From positions 2,046,001 through 2,110,000 of the forward strand of contig JBHGNT010000013.1 of NCBI GenBank assembly GCA_043228905.1: DNA of 64,000 bases, read 5' to 3'. Origin of the DNA: Azolla caroliniana (Eukaryota; Plantae; Polypodiophyta). Both the position numbers and the translations under genes were made by a program. The notes under the pieces were generated by a model. It saw only the letters and a list, made by a program, of their open reading frames with translations, was not told the DNA's origin and did not search any database. This document shows, piece after piece, positions 48,863 to 60,700 of the stretch (position 1 is its first letter; every line of letters begins with the position of its first letter).

Positions 48863-51832
48863 TCATTGTTCACCCAAATTGTCCAAAATACTTTGTTCCA
48901 AAGTTTCCACTTGTTCTTCCGGTTGTGGTTGTTGCGGCTGTGCTTGCTGCTGCTGCTGTGGTTGCGGTTGGGACTGAGGCTGCTCCGGCTGCTCTATAGG
49001 CGGCTGCTCCGTTTGTTTCTCTGACTCCGGCATCCCCGTTTGACTGCTTCCGGTCCGGTCTCCTTCCAGTAACGGTTCCTCATCACTGAGGTTGACCGTT
49101 ACTGGTTCTCGTGCTTTCTCTTCCCGGATCCGGGACCTCTCGTAGCTTTCAAACTGGATCTGCGCCTCCAGCCTGTCGTCGTCCAGCTGAGCTACAAGTT
49201 GCCGGACTTGCCCTAGTTGGTCCTCTGCCAAGGCTTGAAAGTCTTCGGCCAGCTCATCTCTTATGCCGGTGAAGTCTTCGGAAGTCAGCATATAGCAATC
49301 ATCTCCCTCCTTCCGCCGGTTCTCTACGTCGGCCCGGAGCAATTGGAGTTCCGCCGCGTTCGTGGCCCACTTGGTCCACCATTTGACGGAACCGTTGTCA
49401 ATCAAGCTCTTGGTCTGGTTCAACCAGGCCCGCATGATATCCTGGATGCGACTTGCTCCCATTTGCGCTCTACTTTCCACAACTTGTCGTTCCTCCTTCA
49501 ACTGCTTAATGAGATTAGCCGTATCCTCCGCTTGCTCTCTGTAGCGCGTCAGCTGCCCTTGATATGTTGTTTGCAGCCTCTGCAATACCTCCGCCGCTCT
49601 TTCTTTTTCCGCCTGCTGTTGCCTGAGGAGCTCTGTCCGAACCTTCTCCGCCTCTTCCAACCGTCTTCTGGTTTCCGCTTGTTCCTTAGCGTATGCCGTT
49701 GCGGTCCGATCAACTGCTTGCCGGAGCTCATCCGTCCGTTCCTTGTGCTCCGTTTGCAACCGTTTATACTCCCGGTGCAAGTGCTCAAATTCCTCCGTTT
49801 TTTGTTTGAGCTTGCCGTTGATCTGGCGATGGTTCCGGTCCTCCCGGTCCTTTAGCTGCCGGAGTTCCTCTTTCAGGCGCTCTACTTCTGTTTCGGCGTT
49901 TCTCCGGAGCCTGTCCTTCTCTTGCAGCATTTTCTCCTTCTCCTCCTTGAGCCGGTCGTACGCTTGGTGGCCTTTTCGTAAGCTCTCCTCGGCCCGGCGT
50001 AGATTCTCAGCAATCTTTTTAAGTTCTGCCTCCGCCGCCGTCTTCAACTCTCTTTCGCGGCTCCTCAGCGCTTCTTGGGCAGCTAGCTCATCCTTTAAGT
50101 CCGCAAGCTCTTGGGCTTGTGCCGCATTTCTCTCCAGAACGGTTTCCGTTGCCGGGGTCTGATTGCTATGTACAGGTTGATCTGACGCTTTATTCTGTAC
50201 ATTGCCCGGAGTCACCGGTGCTTGGACTTGTGTTGTCAAAGCCAATTGAGCCATTTCCCTTGTGACCCTGTCCAAGTCTTGTTCAAGGCTCCGAATTCTG
50301 GACCGGGCCGTCTCTAGATCTACGGTTGTGACGAGCAACCGTTCGTGGTGCGCTCTCTCTTCCGCCTCTATGTACTCGACCGCTCCGGCGATCTGCTCGC
50401 CTACCCACCGTAGCCACATGCTACTAGTGCCTTGCTGCTGTACTGGTCGGGTCGGCTCGTTCACTGTGGAATTGTCTGGCCTGAGTGCCTGTATCTGCCG
50501 TTCTGGTTCTACTCCTTGGCCACCGTGTGTGCTGGCTGGGCTCGCCGGCTGTTGAGTTCCGGTTCTCGCTGTCTCCGGAGCCGTTGGAATGACTTCTTGT
50601 ACAGAAGTCGACAAGGCCGGTTCTATACGTACCGGTTCCGGTTCCTCCCTTGTGGTTTGCTCAGGTTGAGTTCGGGGCGTTTCTTCCTTTTGCGGGTCCG
50701 GACGCTCCCCCGCTGTCCCGGCGGTCCTACTTCTTGACCGTCGTTGGAGGTGCTCTACTGGCTCCTCCGTTTCCTCTTCCTGGGTATCGGCATGTATCTG
50801 TGCCGTCAAGGGTTCCGGTTCCTTCTGTCCCGGTCGCCGTATGGTTATCTTAACGGGTCGGACCGGTGACACCTCCTCCGGTTCTGGGAGCCGTTTTTTC
50901 CCTTTCGTCACCTTCGACGCCAGCAGCTGCTGTCGTTTGGACGCGGGTTTCGAGGTGCTTCCTTCCGATAATCTCGGCCGCTTCTTTGGCTGAATGGTCT
51001 CGACCGGCGGCGCGAGCAATGTTATCCACTGAGCTACGGCATGCCACAGCTTCTGGCCCTCCTTGCCGTCCTTTCCTAGTACCGTGTCGATTGCCGCGCA
51101 CAAACCGTCTGCAATCAACACCGGCCAATCCACCTTGATCCCTTCATAGGTGGCTATGATCATCCCTGCCCGATTTTTTGGCATGACAGGGGGTCGGGGG
51201 TACACGTGGCCGTACTCATGGAGCACTCGAGCTATCTCCCTGAATAGCGGATCTTCGCCGCCCTGCGTTCGATAGCCTTTGCCGGCTACAGAGTACTCAC
51301 CGAAATATCGGATGAGTTGCTCCGAGGTTGGGTTATCAATCTGAAAAATACCTCCCTCCGGAAGGCCTGTTAGCGCACGGATCGCTTCCTCGGTGATGAC
51401 TTCTTTGTCGAGCTCCTTGATGACCTGGTCGGCTTCTTTGTGCGGTGGTGCCTCCATGATGGTCAAGAACCCGTCCAATCCGTGTTGCCTGAGCCATTTC
51501 CTGGCCGCTTCCGACAGTGTTTGTGGTTCCATGTCTGCTTCGAGGTCGAGGAAAGATGGCGAGGTAGAGTGGTGATGAGAGTGAGAGCGAGAGAGAGAGC
51601 GTTCCGAACGTGGGGGTTCTCTGAGTGCAGGTTCGCGTTTGCTAAGCTTCCATTGCCTTCGTGCTTCTGTGCTTCTTGGCTCGCGAAAAAAAAAGGTCTC
51701 CATGCGTTCTTCTTTTTCTCTGTACGTCTTGGCCCCTTTTTCGAGCATGCGCACGTCGTGTACCAATTTAGTATTAAGTAATGTGGCGGCTCTTAAATGC
51801 CCACTACGTACCTTTTCGCTCCTTGCTTTCAC
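48863..51832 (-). CDS. 989-aa additional ORF (plant-mobile-domain-like N-terminal region, low-complexity linker, long coiled coil)
   Basis: Uninterrupted sense ORF between integrase and the 3' LTR; ATYEGIKVDWPVLI motif; E/K/R/Q-rich heptad region; no obvious signal peptide or TM segment. Confidence 0.85.
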   Translation of the reverse strand: MKARSEKVRSGHLRAATLLNTKLVHDVRMLEKGAKTYREKEERMETFFFREPRSTEARRQWKLSKREPALREPPRSERSLSRSHSHHHSTSPSFLDLEADMEPQTLSEAARKWLRQHGLDGFLTIMEAPPHKEADQVIKELDKEVITEEAIRALTGLPEGGIFQIDNPTSEQLIRYFGEYSVAGKGYRTQGGEDPLFREIARVLHEYGHVYPRPPVMPKNRAGMIIATYEGIKVDWPVLIADGLCAAIDTVLGKDGKEGQKLWHAVAQWITLLAPPVETIQPKKRPRLSEGSTSKPASKRQQLLASKVTKGKKRLPEPEEVSPVRPVKITIRRPGQKEPEPLTAQIHADTQEEETEEPVEHLQRRSRSRTAGTAGERPDPQKEETPRTQPEQTTREEPEPVRIEPALSTSVQEVIPTAPETARTGTQQPASPASTHGGQGVEPERQIQALRPDNSTVNEPTRPVQQQGTSSMWLRWVGEQIAGAVEYIEAEERAHHERLLVTTVDLETARSRIRSLEQDLDRVTREMAQLALTTQVQAPVTPGNVQNKASDQPVHSNQTPATETVLERNAAQAQELADLKDELAAQEALRSRERELKTAAEAELKKIAENLRRAEESLRKGHQAYDRLKEEKEKMLQEKDRLRRNAETEVERLKEELRQLKDREDRNHRQINGKLKQKTEEFEHLHREYKRLQTEHKERTDELRQAVDRTATAYAKEQAETRRRLEEAEKVRTELLRQQQAEKERAAEVLQRLQTTYQGQLTRYREQAEDTANLIKQLKEERQVVESRAQMGASRIQDIMRAWLNQTKSLIDNGSVKWWTKWATNAAELQLLRADVENRRKEGDDCYMLTSEDFTGIRDELAEDFQALAEDQLGQVRQLVAQLDDDRLEAQIQFESYERSRIREEKAREPVTVNLSDEEPLLEGDRTGSSQTGMPESEKQTEQPPIEQPEQPQSQPQPQQQQQAQPQQPQPEEQVETLEQSILDNLGEQ

Positions 51833-51914
51833 GTCCGTTCATACCTCGATTTTTAATGATTTGTTTTTTTTTTTTTTTTTTTTTCTTTTCTCTTTTTAAT
51901 GACGGTATGTGATC

Positions 51915-54900
51915 TTACACATCCGTAGGTCCCTTCAGACCCTTACCGTTTTCCTTACGGGTTGCCGTGTCTTCCTTCGCCTCTGCTACGGGTTCCCCGT
52001 CGTCTTTTTCTTCCATCCGTACCGTTCCCGGTATAGTGCCGGTGGGCTGCATAAACGGGTTATTTGGCATCGGTCCTTTATAGGGCTTTAGTCTAAATCC
52101 GTTGACCCACTTGCCCAGCACTTCACCGGCAAGTGTCCCTAACTGATAGGACCCGTTGTATTCCCGTGTCAGCCAATACAGGCCTGTCCATCTAAACCGG
52201 AGTTTACCCGGCATCTTGCCCATCCTCGTTTGGAATACTAGCACCGGCTTTCCGATTTCGAACATCTTCTCATTACCTTTCCGGTGACGGTCAACGAACG
52301 CTTTCCGTCGTCGTTGCTCCAGTTCCATGTGTAGGATGCTGGCCAACCGTTGCTCCTCCAGTTCGCATAGTGCTGCTAGCCGCATTTCCTCCGACTCCTT
52401 TTCATTCAGCCGTTCCCGTAGTTGGATCCGTAAGCTTGGTACCTGAAATTCCACCGGCATGACCGCTTCTAAGCCGAATGCTAACCGGAACGGCGTTGTC
52501 CGGATACTTGTTTTGTATGCCGTTCGGTACGCCCATAGCGCGCTATGGAGCTTTGTATCCCAGTCCGTCCGGTTTTCATTGACGATTTTGCGGAGAATGT
52601 TCTGGAGCGTTTTGTTGGTTGACTCTGCTAACCCGTTTGCATGTGGGTAGTACGGTGTGCTCCGTTTATGGACCACGGCATAGAACGTTGTTAAGCTTTC
52701 AACTACCTGGCCGAGGAAGTGCCCTCCTTGGTCGCTGATTAATTCAATCGGACATCCATATCGGCACCAAATGTTTTCGTACATGAATTTTGTTGTGGAT
52801 GACGCGGTGTTGTCTCTCAAGGCCTTAGCCTCCACCCATTTAGTGCAATAATCTGTTGCCACGATAACATAACGATTACCCGTTCTCATTGCCGGTGGCT
52901 TGAACGGTCCAACAAAATCCAACCCCCACTTCTGGAATGGCTCTAGTGGAAGTACCGGTTGGTGTGGCATCCGTGCTTGCTCCGTAGGCTGGCCCATTCA
53001 TTGGCATAGGTCACATTCCTTAGCATACTTGACGGCGTCTTTTAACGTCGTGGGCCACCATAAGCCGCTCTGCCATACTTTCCTTGCCGTCGCTTCCCCG
53101 GCATAGTGTCTTCCGGCAACCCCACAGTGTGCTTCCCGTAAGATTACTTGTTTCTCGTCACTACGGACTACCCGTCTCCATATTCCATCTGCTCCCTTGT
53201 GGTAGAGAGTGTCCCGTAACAGACAGAAGTTGCGGCTCTGCACCGCCAGTCGTTTCCTCTCGTCCCGGTTCATTTCCTCCGGTGGCAGGCCCGTGCTTAG
53301 GAACTGGTGCATGTTTGTCAGCCACCTATCTTCTGATGCCACCGTGTCGTCCGCTGCCGTTTCCGGGGGATACGGAATAACTCTGCGTCCGGGAATTCAT
53401 CCGATACTCCGTCGCCTGATTCTCCGGACTCTAACCAGCTCAGGTAGTCTGCTACGGCATGCTGGATACCGGGCCGGTGGAAGATCTCGAATTCGAACTC
53501 CTGCAACAGCAAGGTCCAACGGGCCAACTTACCGGTCAGGGACGCCTTGGACACTAAGTACAGGAGCGCCGAGTGATCCACATGAAAGGAGAACTTCCTT
53601 CCCAATAGGTAATGACGAAACTTTGTTACACTGTAGATCATGCCCAGGGCCTCCCGTTCTGTCGTCGAATAGTTCTTCTCCGCTTGGGACAGCTTCCGGC
53701 TTGCGTAATATACCGGCCGGTACCATTTGGGCTCCGTAAGTTGCATTAAGGCGCTGCCGATAGCGATGTCGGAAGCGTCAACGAACACATGAAATTCCTT
53801 GCTCCAATCCGGAGGCTGCACGACGGGTGCTTGCGACAAAAGTACCTTCAGGGCATTGTATGCCTTATCCTCCGTATCCGTCCATTGGAACGGTGTCCGA
53901 TGTACCGCGTTGTGTAATGGTGTAGCCAAGTCAGCCAAGTGACGGAGCATCCGGCTGTGCCACCGGATCTGTCCTAAGAATCGGCTTAGTGCTTTGGCCG
54001 TTTTCGGCGCTGGTGCCCCTAGTATCGCATTTACTTTGTCTGGGTCGACTGCAATGCCTTCCTTACTTACAATGTGTCCCAGTAATATTCCACTTGAAAC
54101 CCCAAAGATGCATTTTGCTGGGTTTAAGCTTAGCCGGTATATCCTACACTTTTCAAGGCATAACCGTAGGTGCTGCAAATGGTCTTTTTCCCGGCTATAG
54201 ACTGCAAAGTCATCCAGGAAAACCTGCATGAAGGCTGGAATGTATTCGCCGAAGATCTCCATGATGATTCGCTGGAAAGTTGCTGGTGCCGTTTTTAGTC
54301 CGAACATCATTACTACGGCCACAAACACCCCCCATTCGGTGACGAACGTTGTCTTCTCCTGGTCGTCAGGGTGCATCCGGATTTGATTGTATCCGCTGAA
54401 CCCGTCTAAAAAGCTATAAACTTCATGGCCGGCGACGGCATCCAGTACTCCATCCGTGAACGGAAGAGCGAATGCATCCGTAATTGTGGCTGCATTTAGT
54501 TTCCTGTAATCTACACACACGCGGATTTTACCGTTCTTCTTTGGGACGACGACGATGGGGCTCAGCCACGTCGCTTTCTTTACCGGCCGGATGAAGCCCA
54601 CTCTTAGGAGTTTGTCGATTTCCTCCTTCACTTTGGCGGCGTAGTTGGGGTTCATTCGGTAACGTCTTTGCGCCACTGGTTTCGCGTCCTTGCCTAAGTG
54701 GATCTGATGCTGATATAATTGAGGGTCCAGCCCTCGCATGTCTTCGTATGACCAGGCGAATACGTCGCGAAACTCCGTGAGAAGTTTGATCATCGCCGCT
54801 TTATCTTCCGGCTTCATTTCTTTGGCGATGTGTACCGGCTTTGATTCGTCCTTGCTTCCTAGGTTCACTTCGTCGAGCTGGGATGTTTTTACCCGTTGGG

Positions 54901-55699
54901 AAACGACCATTTCCCGTTCCAACGCTTCCTGTGCTTGCCGTAATTCCCGAATCGAATCTTTGTCTGGTTCGGCTTCGGTTTCGTCCCGCTGCGGCAAGTA
55001 TGGCGCTACGGCTTCAGCTACGTCAATCTCGAAGAGTGGTACGATCTTCGGGTGTTCTTCCAAGTACTAGGCTTCTTCGTCGTCTGCCAACCCTTCAAGC
55101 ATGTTCACGCATTCCGCATACAGCGGTGTGCATTCCTTACCGTTGCTCGTCCGTGGTTGTGTCGGTACCCGGACCTTGGCTTTTCCGCGCCGGAAGGTAA
55201 TCATATTTTTCCGCCAATTTTGCTTGATGTGTGCTGTTTTCAACCATGGTCTGCCCAGCAACAGTGGGTACGCGCCTTGCGCCTGTAGCTGCAGCACGAC
55301 AACCGAGATGTGAAATGTGTGACCTCCTATGGTGACTTCCAATTTCAGTATTAAGCCCGTCGGCCGTACAGAGCTCGTATCCGCCATCCGTAGCCAGAAC
55401 GGACATGGCTCCCATTCATGTATACCCAAGGCATCACACGTGTGGAGGCTTATTACGTTCACCCTGGAACCTCCATCGATTACTGTGCCGGGAAGTTCGT
55501 GCCCTTTGACAATAGCTGTAATCACCGGACTACTAGTGTCCACCACCGTTGGTCCCTCCTCCGGATTCGAGAAGAGGACTGGTGCCGGTGGGGCTATACC
55601 GTCTGTCATGACCGTTTTTGTCCTTCCGTAAATCGCAGCACGAGCTGCAAGAGTCTTCCTAATGGCAACGTGATCTGACATTCTTGCAGTGCTTGCCAT
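51915..55699 (-). pseudogene. pol: Gypsy pol (PR-RT-RH-IN) with two in-frame stops and a frameshift
   Basis: VIDGGSRVN, VCVDYRKLN, FLDGFSGYNQI, FLDDF, VDASDIAIG, WGLDFVGP, SDQGGHF, ANGLAESTNK. Confidence 0.96.
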
Positions 55700-57747
55700 G
55701 TCTCGTTTTCTGCGTGGCTACCGCCGGCACTCCCTATGGTATTCGCCTTTTGCCGTTCCGCGTCCGCGACGTTCCTTTCATTGGCTTCCTTCACCCATTC
55801 CGTCGCCTGTTTTCGTATGGCCTCTTGTGTTTCCCACTCTTTGGCCATGCCTTTCGACCGTGTGGTTACTTGCAGTGCATCCGCCACTTCCGGAACCACC
55901 ATATTAACTGCTGGTCGTTTATCGTAGCTCTTTGCCGGGCACTGGTTACTGTAGTGGCCTTCCTGCCTGCAGTAATAGCAGTACTCTTTACGGGTATTGC
56001 TGGATTCAGCATTGCTGGTATCCGGAGTCGGTCCCGTAGTGAGTGGTGCGTTCTGTGCCGGTTGGCTCCTTGGGGTTCCATGTTCCGGGTCCCTAGTGTG
56101 ACCACCTTTCTTGAAATTACGTTTCTTATTATTCTTATTTTTATTTCGGTAGTCCAGTCGTGGTGGATCGTAAAATCGGCCGTAGTCCTCCTGGTGCCTT
56201 CGGTAACTAGGGGAATGGTCTCTGACGTATTGCTCGGGTCGTCTGTTGGACTCCCGATAATGGTCCGATCGCTCATATCGGTCGTAGTTATCATGCCGAT
56301 TCCCGTACCGGCCATCATTCTCTTGTCTCTCTCCGTACCGGACATCCTGTGCCGGTCGGTACCGGTTCATTCTTTGCCAACGATCGTCATCTTCGTCTCG
56401 GCTGCTTCTTGGCTCGATCCGTCGGACGGGTGGTGCTTGTCGGTTTAACAGGTTATACTCGCACCGGTCCGTTGTATGACTCTTGGATTGACAAATCACA
56501 CACTGAGTTCGCATGGTGCACTCCACTGCCGAGTGTCCGGCATTCAAGCAGATTGTGCATTGAATTGCCTGCCGGAACCGGAGATCTTCATCGGTGGGTA
56601 ACGCCCGTTGTAGTGTTCCCAGTGTAAGCCATGAGCTTGACTTTTCCATTTCTCTGACCCGGTCAATGACCTGGTCAATGGTGCTTCCTCGAAAGTCGAT
56701 TACCGTACACACCGTGCGTAACGGTTCCCGGAGTGCGTTTAAAAATATCGTCCGTAATTCCTCCTCCGGGGGTGCACGGGCAAGCTGGCTATGCATTCGT
56801 TGGAAACGGATGACGAATTGGGGAATGCTTTCCCCTGCCTCCTGTCGGATCGTATAAAACAGGCCCACCATTGTCGTCTGGTCGACCTCCTTGTGGAAAA
56901 AATGCAAGAATTTTGCTTTTAATTCTACAAAGGTTGTGATGGTCGCCGGGTCCTGCGTCCGCCGCCATCGTGTCGCTGGTCCTTCCAACGTGACCCCGAA
57001 TTCCGCTATCTTCGAGCGTTCTTCTTCCTCCGGTGTCATTCGCTGGGACGTGTGATTTGCTTCCCATGTCTGCTCGAAGGCATGAACATGCGCTTCCGCG
57101 TCCGGATCATCGCGATACTTTGAGTATTGGAACGGCATGTCGTCGTCCAGTATTAGGCCGCGGTTTAGTGGCGTTTGTTGATATCTTTCCGGTTCCACTT
57201 CCGGTTCTTTTGCCGGTGCTTTTTCCGGTTCCTCTTCTGGTTCTTTTTCCGGTTCCTTCACCGGCTCTTTCGTTGGTGTCGGTGGCTTTGCTTCTTCCAC
57301 TTCCGGTGTTGGTGGATTGACGGCTTCCGTTTGCGGTTCCGGATAGCCCTGGTCGAGCGGTTCCGGTTCTGGAGTCGGCACGGTATCCGACCCGTCGTCC
57401 TCCGGGCCGCCGGGGGTATCGTTGCTGCTCCGGTAGTTCGTGTGCACACTGTATCCCCCTTCGGAATCCGATTCGTAGGCTAAAAAGGCTTCTGCCTCGT
57501 TTTCTCCGCTTGCCAGCGCCTCGAGGAGGCGTTCAGTTTCCCGGAGACTACTTAGACTGCTTCCGTCGTCCTGGTCGCGAGTTTGCTGTAACTGAAGAGA
57601 TTCCTCCGCGACTCTCCGGATCTCGTTGGAGAACGAACGATCCGAGCGAATTTCGTGCGCTGCTTGCTGGAAAGTCTCACGCCGTCTTTGCCGTTCGGCG
57701 AGGCGTCGAGCTCGGTCTGTAACCAGGTCGTGCGTTGGTCTCGTCAT
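55606..57747 (-). CDS. gag: Gypsy gag (713 aa) with three zinc knuckles
   Basis: TLEGPATRW, IRQEAGESIPQF, CTICLNAGHSAVEC, CVICQSKSHTTDRC, CYYCRQEGHYSNQC. Confidence 0.92.
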   Translation of the reverse strand: MTRPTHDLVTDRARRLAERQRRRETFQQAAHEIRSDRSFSNEIRRVAEESLQLQQTRDQDDGSSLSSLRETERLLEALASGENEAEAFLAYESDSEGGYSVHTNYRSSNDTPGGPEDDGSDTVPTPEPEPLDQGYPEPQTEAVNPPTPEVEEAKPPTPTKEPVKEPEKEPEEEPEKAPAKEPEVEPERYQQTPLNRGLILDDDMPFQYSKYRDDPDAEAHVHAFEQTWEANHTSQRMTPEEEERSKIAEFGVTLEGPATRWRRTQDPATITTFVELKAKFLHFFHKEVDQTTMVGLFYTIRQEAGESIPQFVIRFQRMHSQLARAPPEEELRTIFLNALREPLRTVCTVIDFRGSTIDQVIDRVREMEKSSSWLTLGTLQRALPTDEDLRFRQAIQCTICLNAGHSAVECTMRTQCVICQSKSHTTDRCEYNLLNRQAPPVRRIEPRSSRDEDDDRWQRMNRYRPAQDVRYGERQENDGRYGNRHDNYDRYERSDHYRESNRRPEQYVRDHSPSYRRHQEDYGRFYDPPRLDYRNKNKNNKKRNFKKGGHTRDPEHGTPRSQPAQNAPLTTGPTPDTSNAESSNTRKEYCYYCRQEGHYSNQCPAKSYDKRPAVNMVVPEVADALQVTTRSKGMAKEWETQEAIRKQATEWVKEANERNVADAERQKANTIGSAGGSHAENETWQALQECQITLPLGRLLQLVLRFTEGQKRS

Positions 57748-60700
57748 CCATTAAGCCGTCGTTCGCTGCGAGAAAGCAGGGATCGTGGTCGCCAAAACTG
57801 TGTTATTCTCTGACCGGACAAGGCCTAACACAAGGTGTCACGGAGACACTTCACCAAAGGGTGATTACGGCATAGGATTATGACTCAACGATTACACCGA
57901 CTTAAGTAGGTTACACGATTAGAGCGCTATTGTTAATTACACGCGTAAGATATAACAGTAAGTACAGAACGGAAATCAACACAGAAGTATAAACACCATA
58001 CGCTCTATTAATTATCCGCTGCTATTACAATGGGGTCCGGGCCTTTAAATAGGTTTCCGGCCCGTAGTACAAAACGGTGCCTATCACACCTATTCGGGAT
58101 CGGTCCGGATCTGGAACGGCATACCGTTTCCAGTCCATGCGTCCATACTATGCTTATTTACAACCATACTTAATTAATTCCTTCACTCCGTATTTTGGAC
58201 TCCTTGCCGGCCGGTAACAGCACCTGGGTATTTAGCCTCAGTGCTCGACAGAGCCACTGTTGGCTGCTTTTTGCTGCTCCACGCAACAACTGCGCTACCA
58301 AGAGAAAACATGTAACCAGAGGTGGATTGGTGATACGATGAATCATCAGCCCAGTCGGCATCGGTATATTGGACTAGCTTCCTAGCTATATCGTGTCGGT
58401 ATAATAGTCCCCGGTCCTTCGTGCCGCTAACATACCGGAGTATCCAGTGTGCGCACTAAAGGTGCTTGACGGTCGGCTTTTGCATGAACTGGTTGATCAT
58501 TCCGACCGGGTAACTGATGTTGAGTCGAGTGATTGTCAAGTATATGAGGCTTCCAACAATTGGTCGGAACTGTTTCTCATCGCAGGCCGGGCCGGAGTTG
58601 GGACAAAGCTTCAGGTTCCGCTCTAGGGGTGTGGAGATCGGTCGACATTCCGTCATGCCGAACTTGTACAACATATTCATTCCAGGTTTTGTCCGAGTTG
58701 GTCGTCTCCAACTCGTCTTCCGTTTTTAGGCCCTTCACCACATCCGATCACGTCCGTGCCTTGGCCTTCTTCCGGTCGGCTAGACTGTCCTGCTTGACTC
58801 TGCCACCGCCACCGCTTGCTCTGACATATTCGGATGTGGCGACTCCTTCGGTCGGCTCGGGTTCCTTTATCTGCTCATCTCCCCCGTTGGTTCTTTCTTC
58901 CTCTCTGGCTCCTTGTCCGGTGCCATCCATTCCACTTCCTGCTCTTCCCCTCAAGTGCGGCACATTGAAATGCGAAATGCCGAGCATCTCAGAAAAATGT
59001 TGCAACTTGTTTGATCTGAGCGGCTTGGTGAAGATGTCAGCTACGTACTGATCCCTTTGACCATATCAAAATTCAATATTACCGCTCAAAACCCGCTCAC
59101 GCACAAAGTGATAGTGCACTTCTATGTGCTTCGTCCAAGCATAGAGTACAGGGTTCTTGGCGAGCTGTAGGTTGCTTACGTTGTCACCATAAATCAAGAT
59201 TGGGCTCGGCACCTCGATCAGGAGGTCTCACATGAGTCGTCGAAGCCAGATGACTTCAGAGGTGGCAATGGTAGCGCCCGGGTATTCAGGCTCTGTGCTC
59301 GACAGAGCCATTGTTGGCTGCTTTTTGCTGCTCCAGGCAACATTTAAGCAAGTGAAAACATGTAACCGGAGGTGGATTGGAGATCCGATGCATCACCAAC
59401 CCAATCGGCATCGGTATATCCGACTAGCTTCCTCGCTATACCTTGTCGGTATAATAGTCCCCAATCCTTCGTGCTGCTAACATACCGAAGTATCCAGTGT
59501 GCATACTAAAGCTGTTCGACGGTCGGCTTTTGCATGAATTGGCTGATCACTCCGACTGGGTAACTGATGTTGGGTGGAGTGATTGTCAAGTATATGAGGC
59601 TTCCGACAATTGGTCGGAACTGTTTCTCATCGCAGGCCGGGCCGGAGTCGGGACAAATCTTCAAGTTCCGGTCTAGGGGTGTGGAGATCTGTCGACATTC
59701 CGTCATGCCGAACTTGTACAACATATTCAACACATACTGTCTTTATGAGAGCAATATTCCATCGGGGGGTTCGGATCACCTCAATCCCAAGAAAATAATA
59801 AAGGTCCCCCAGGTCCTTCATTTCAAATGCGTCCGACAACTAGGACTTCACTCTACCGATTTCATCCAGTCCGGGTCCGGTGATGACTAGATCATCAACA
59901 TATAGCAGGATACAGACCATACCGTTCGGACCTTTCTGGATGAATAACGACGAGTTGAACTTTGAGGCCGCAAACCCCATCTTACGCAACCGGTGCGTGA
60001 TCTTCGCATCCAAGCTCGGTGGGCTTGCTTCCAACCATAAAACGACTTCTTGAGTCAAAATACTGTTGACTTGTTCATCTCCGATTGGAATCCGAGGGGT
60101 TGGATCATAGAGACCCGTTCTTCAAGGTCACCTTGGAGAAACACATTCTTCATGTCCATGTGGTGAAAACGCCATCCCCTTACCACAAGAACAACCAAAT
60201 ACCACACGAACTATCATCATCTTTGCTACCGGAGCAAAGGTCTCATCATAGTTGATTCTGTGGGTCTATGTGTATCCCTTTGCCACTAACCAGGGCTTGT
60301 ACCGGTTGACTGAAGCATCAACATTGTACTTCACCTTATATACCCATTTGCAACCGATCGGTTTACACTATCAAGGAGGGTCAACCGGGTCCCATGTATC
60401 GTATGCATCAAGTACCCGTATTTTTCCTCCATAGAGACGCCAATTTGCGTCTTTTGTTGCTTCTGTGTAGCTCTCCGGCTCACGCACTTCCGCCACCTTA
60501 GTCATGTACGCATAGTGATGCGCCATGTACTCATTGTACCCGTACGTCATGACGGTTTTCTTTTGACAGGTTGACTGGCATAACTTCCTGTTACCCGGTT
60601 TGAGGCCCTTCTTGGCCGATTCAGACTTCCTTTCTAAAGATCTGCCTTCTTCCTTTCCGGGGTAAGATTTGTTCTGGTCCAACCCTTTAGTGTTGGTATC

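Larger units (their letters stand above)
48392..58219 (-). mobile_element. Young full-length non-chromovirus Ty3/gypsy element (Athila-like pol) with an extra 3' ORF
   Basis: 419-bp LTRs 48392-48810 and 57801-58219 (2 differences seen), perfect TSD GCACC, PBS TGGCGACCACG at 57784-57794, order gag-PR-RT-RH-IN-ORF3. Confidence 0.97.

Noticed and set aside
48863-51832. Envelope gene / endogenous retrovirus
   Set aside because: No signal peptide or transmembrane segment is visible.
49217-57722. Numerous plus-strand ORFs over the gypsy element (likewise over the copia elements)
   Set aside because: Antisense shadows of GC-rich retroelement coding sequence with no recognisable motifs.
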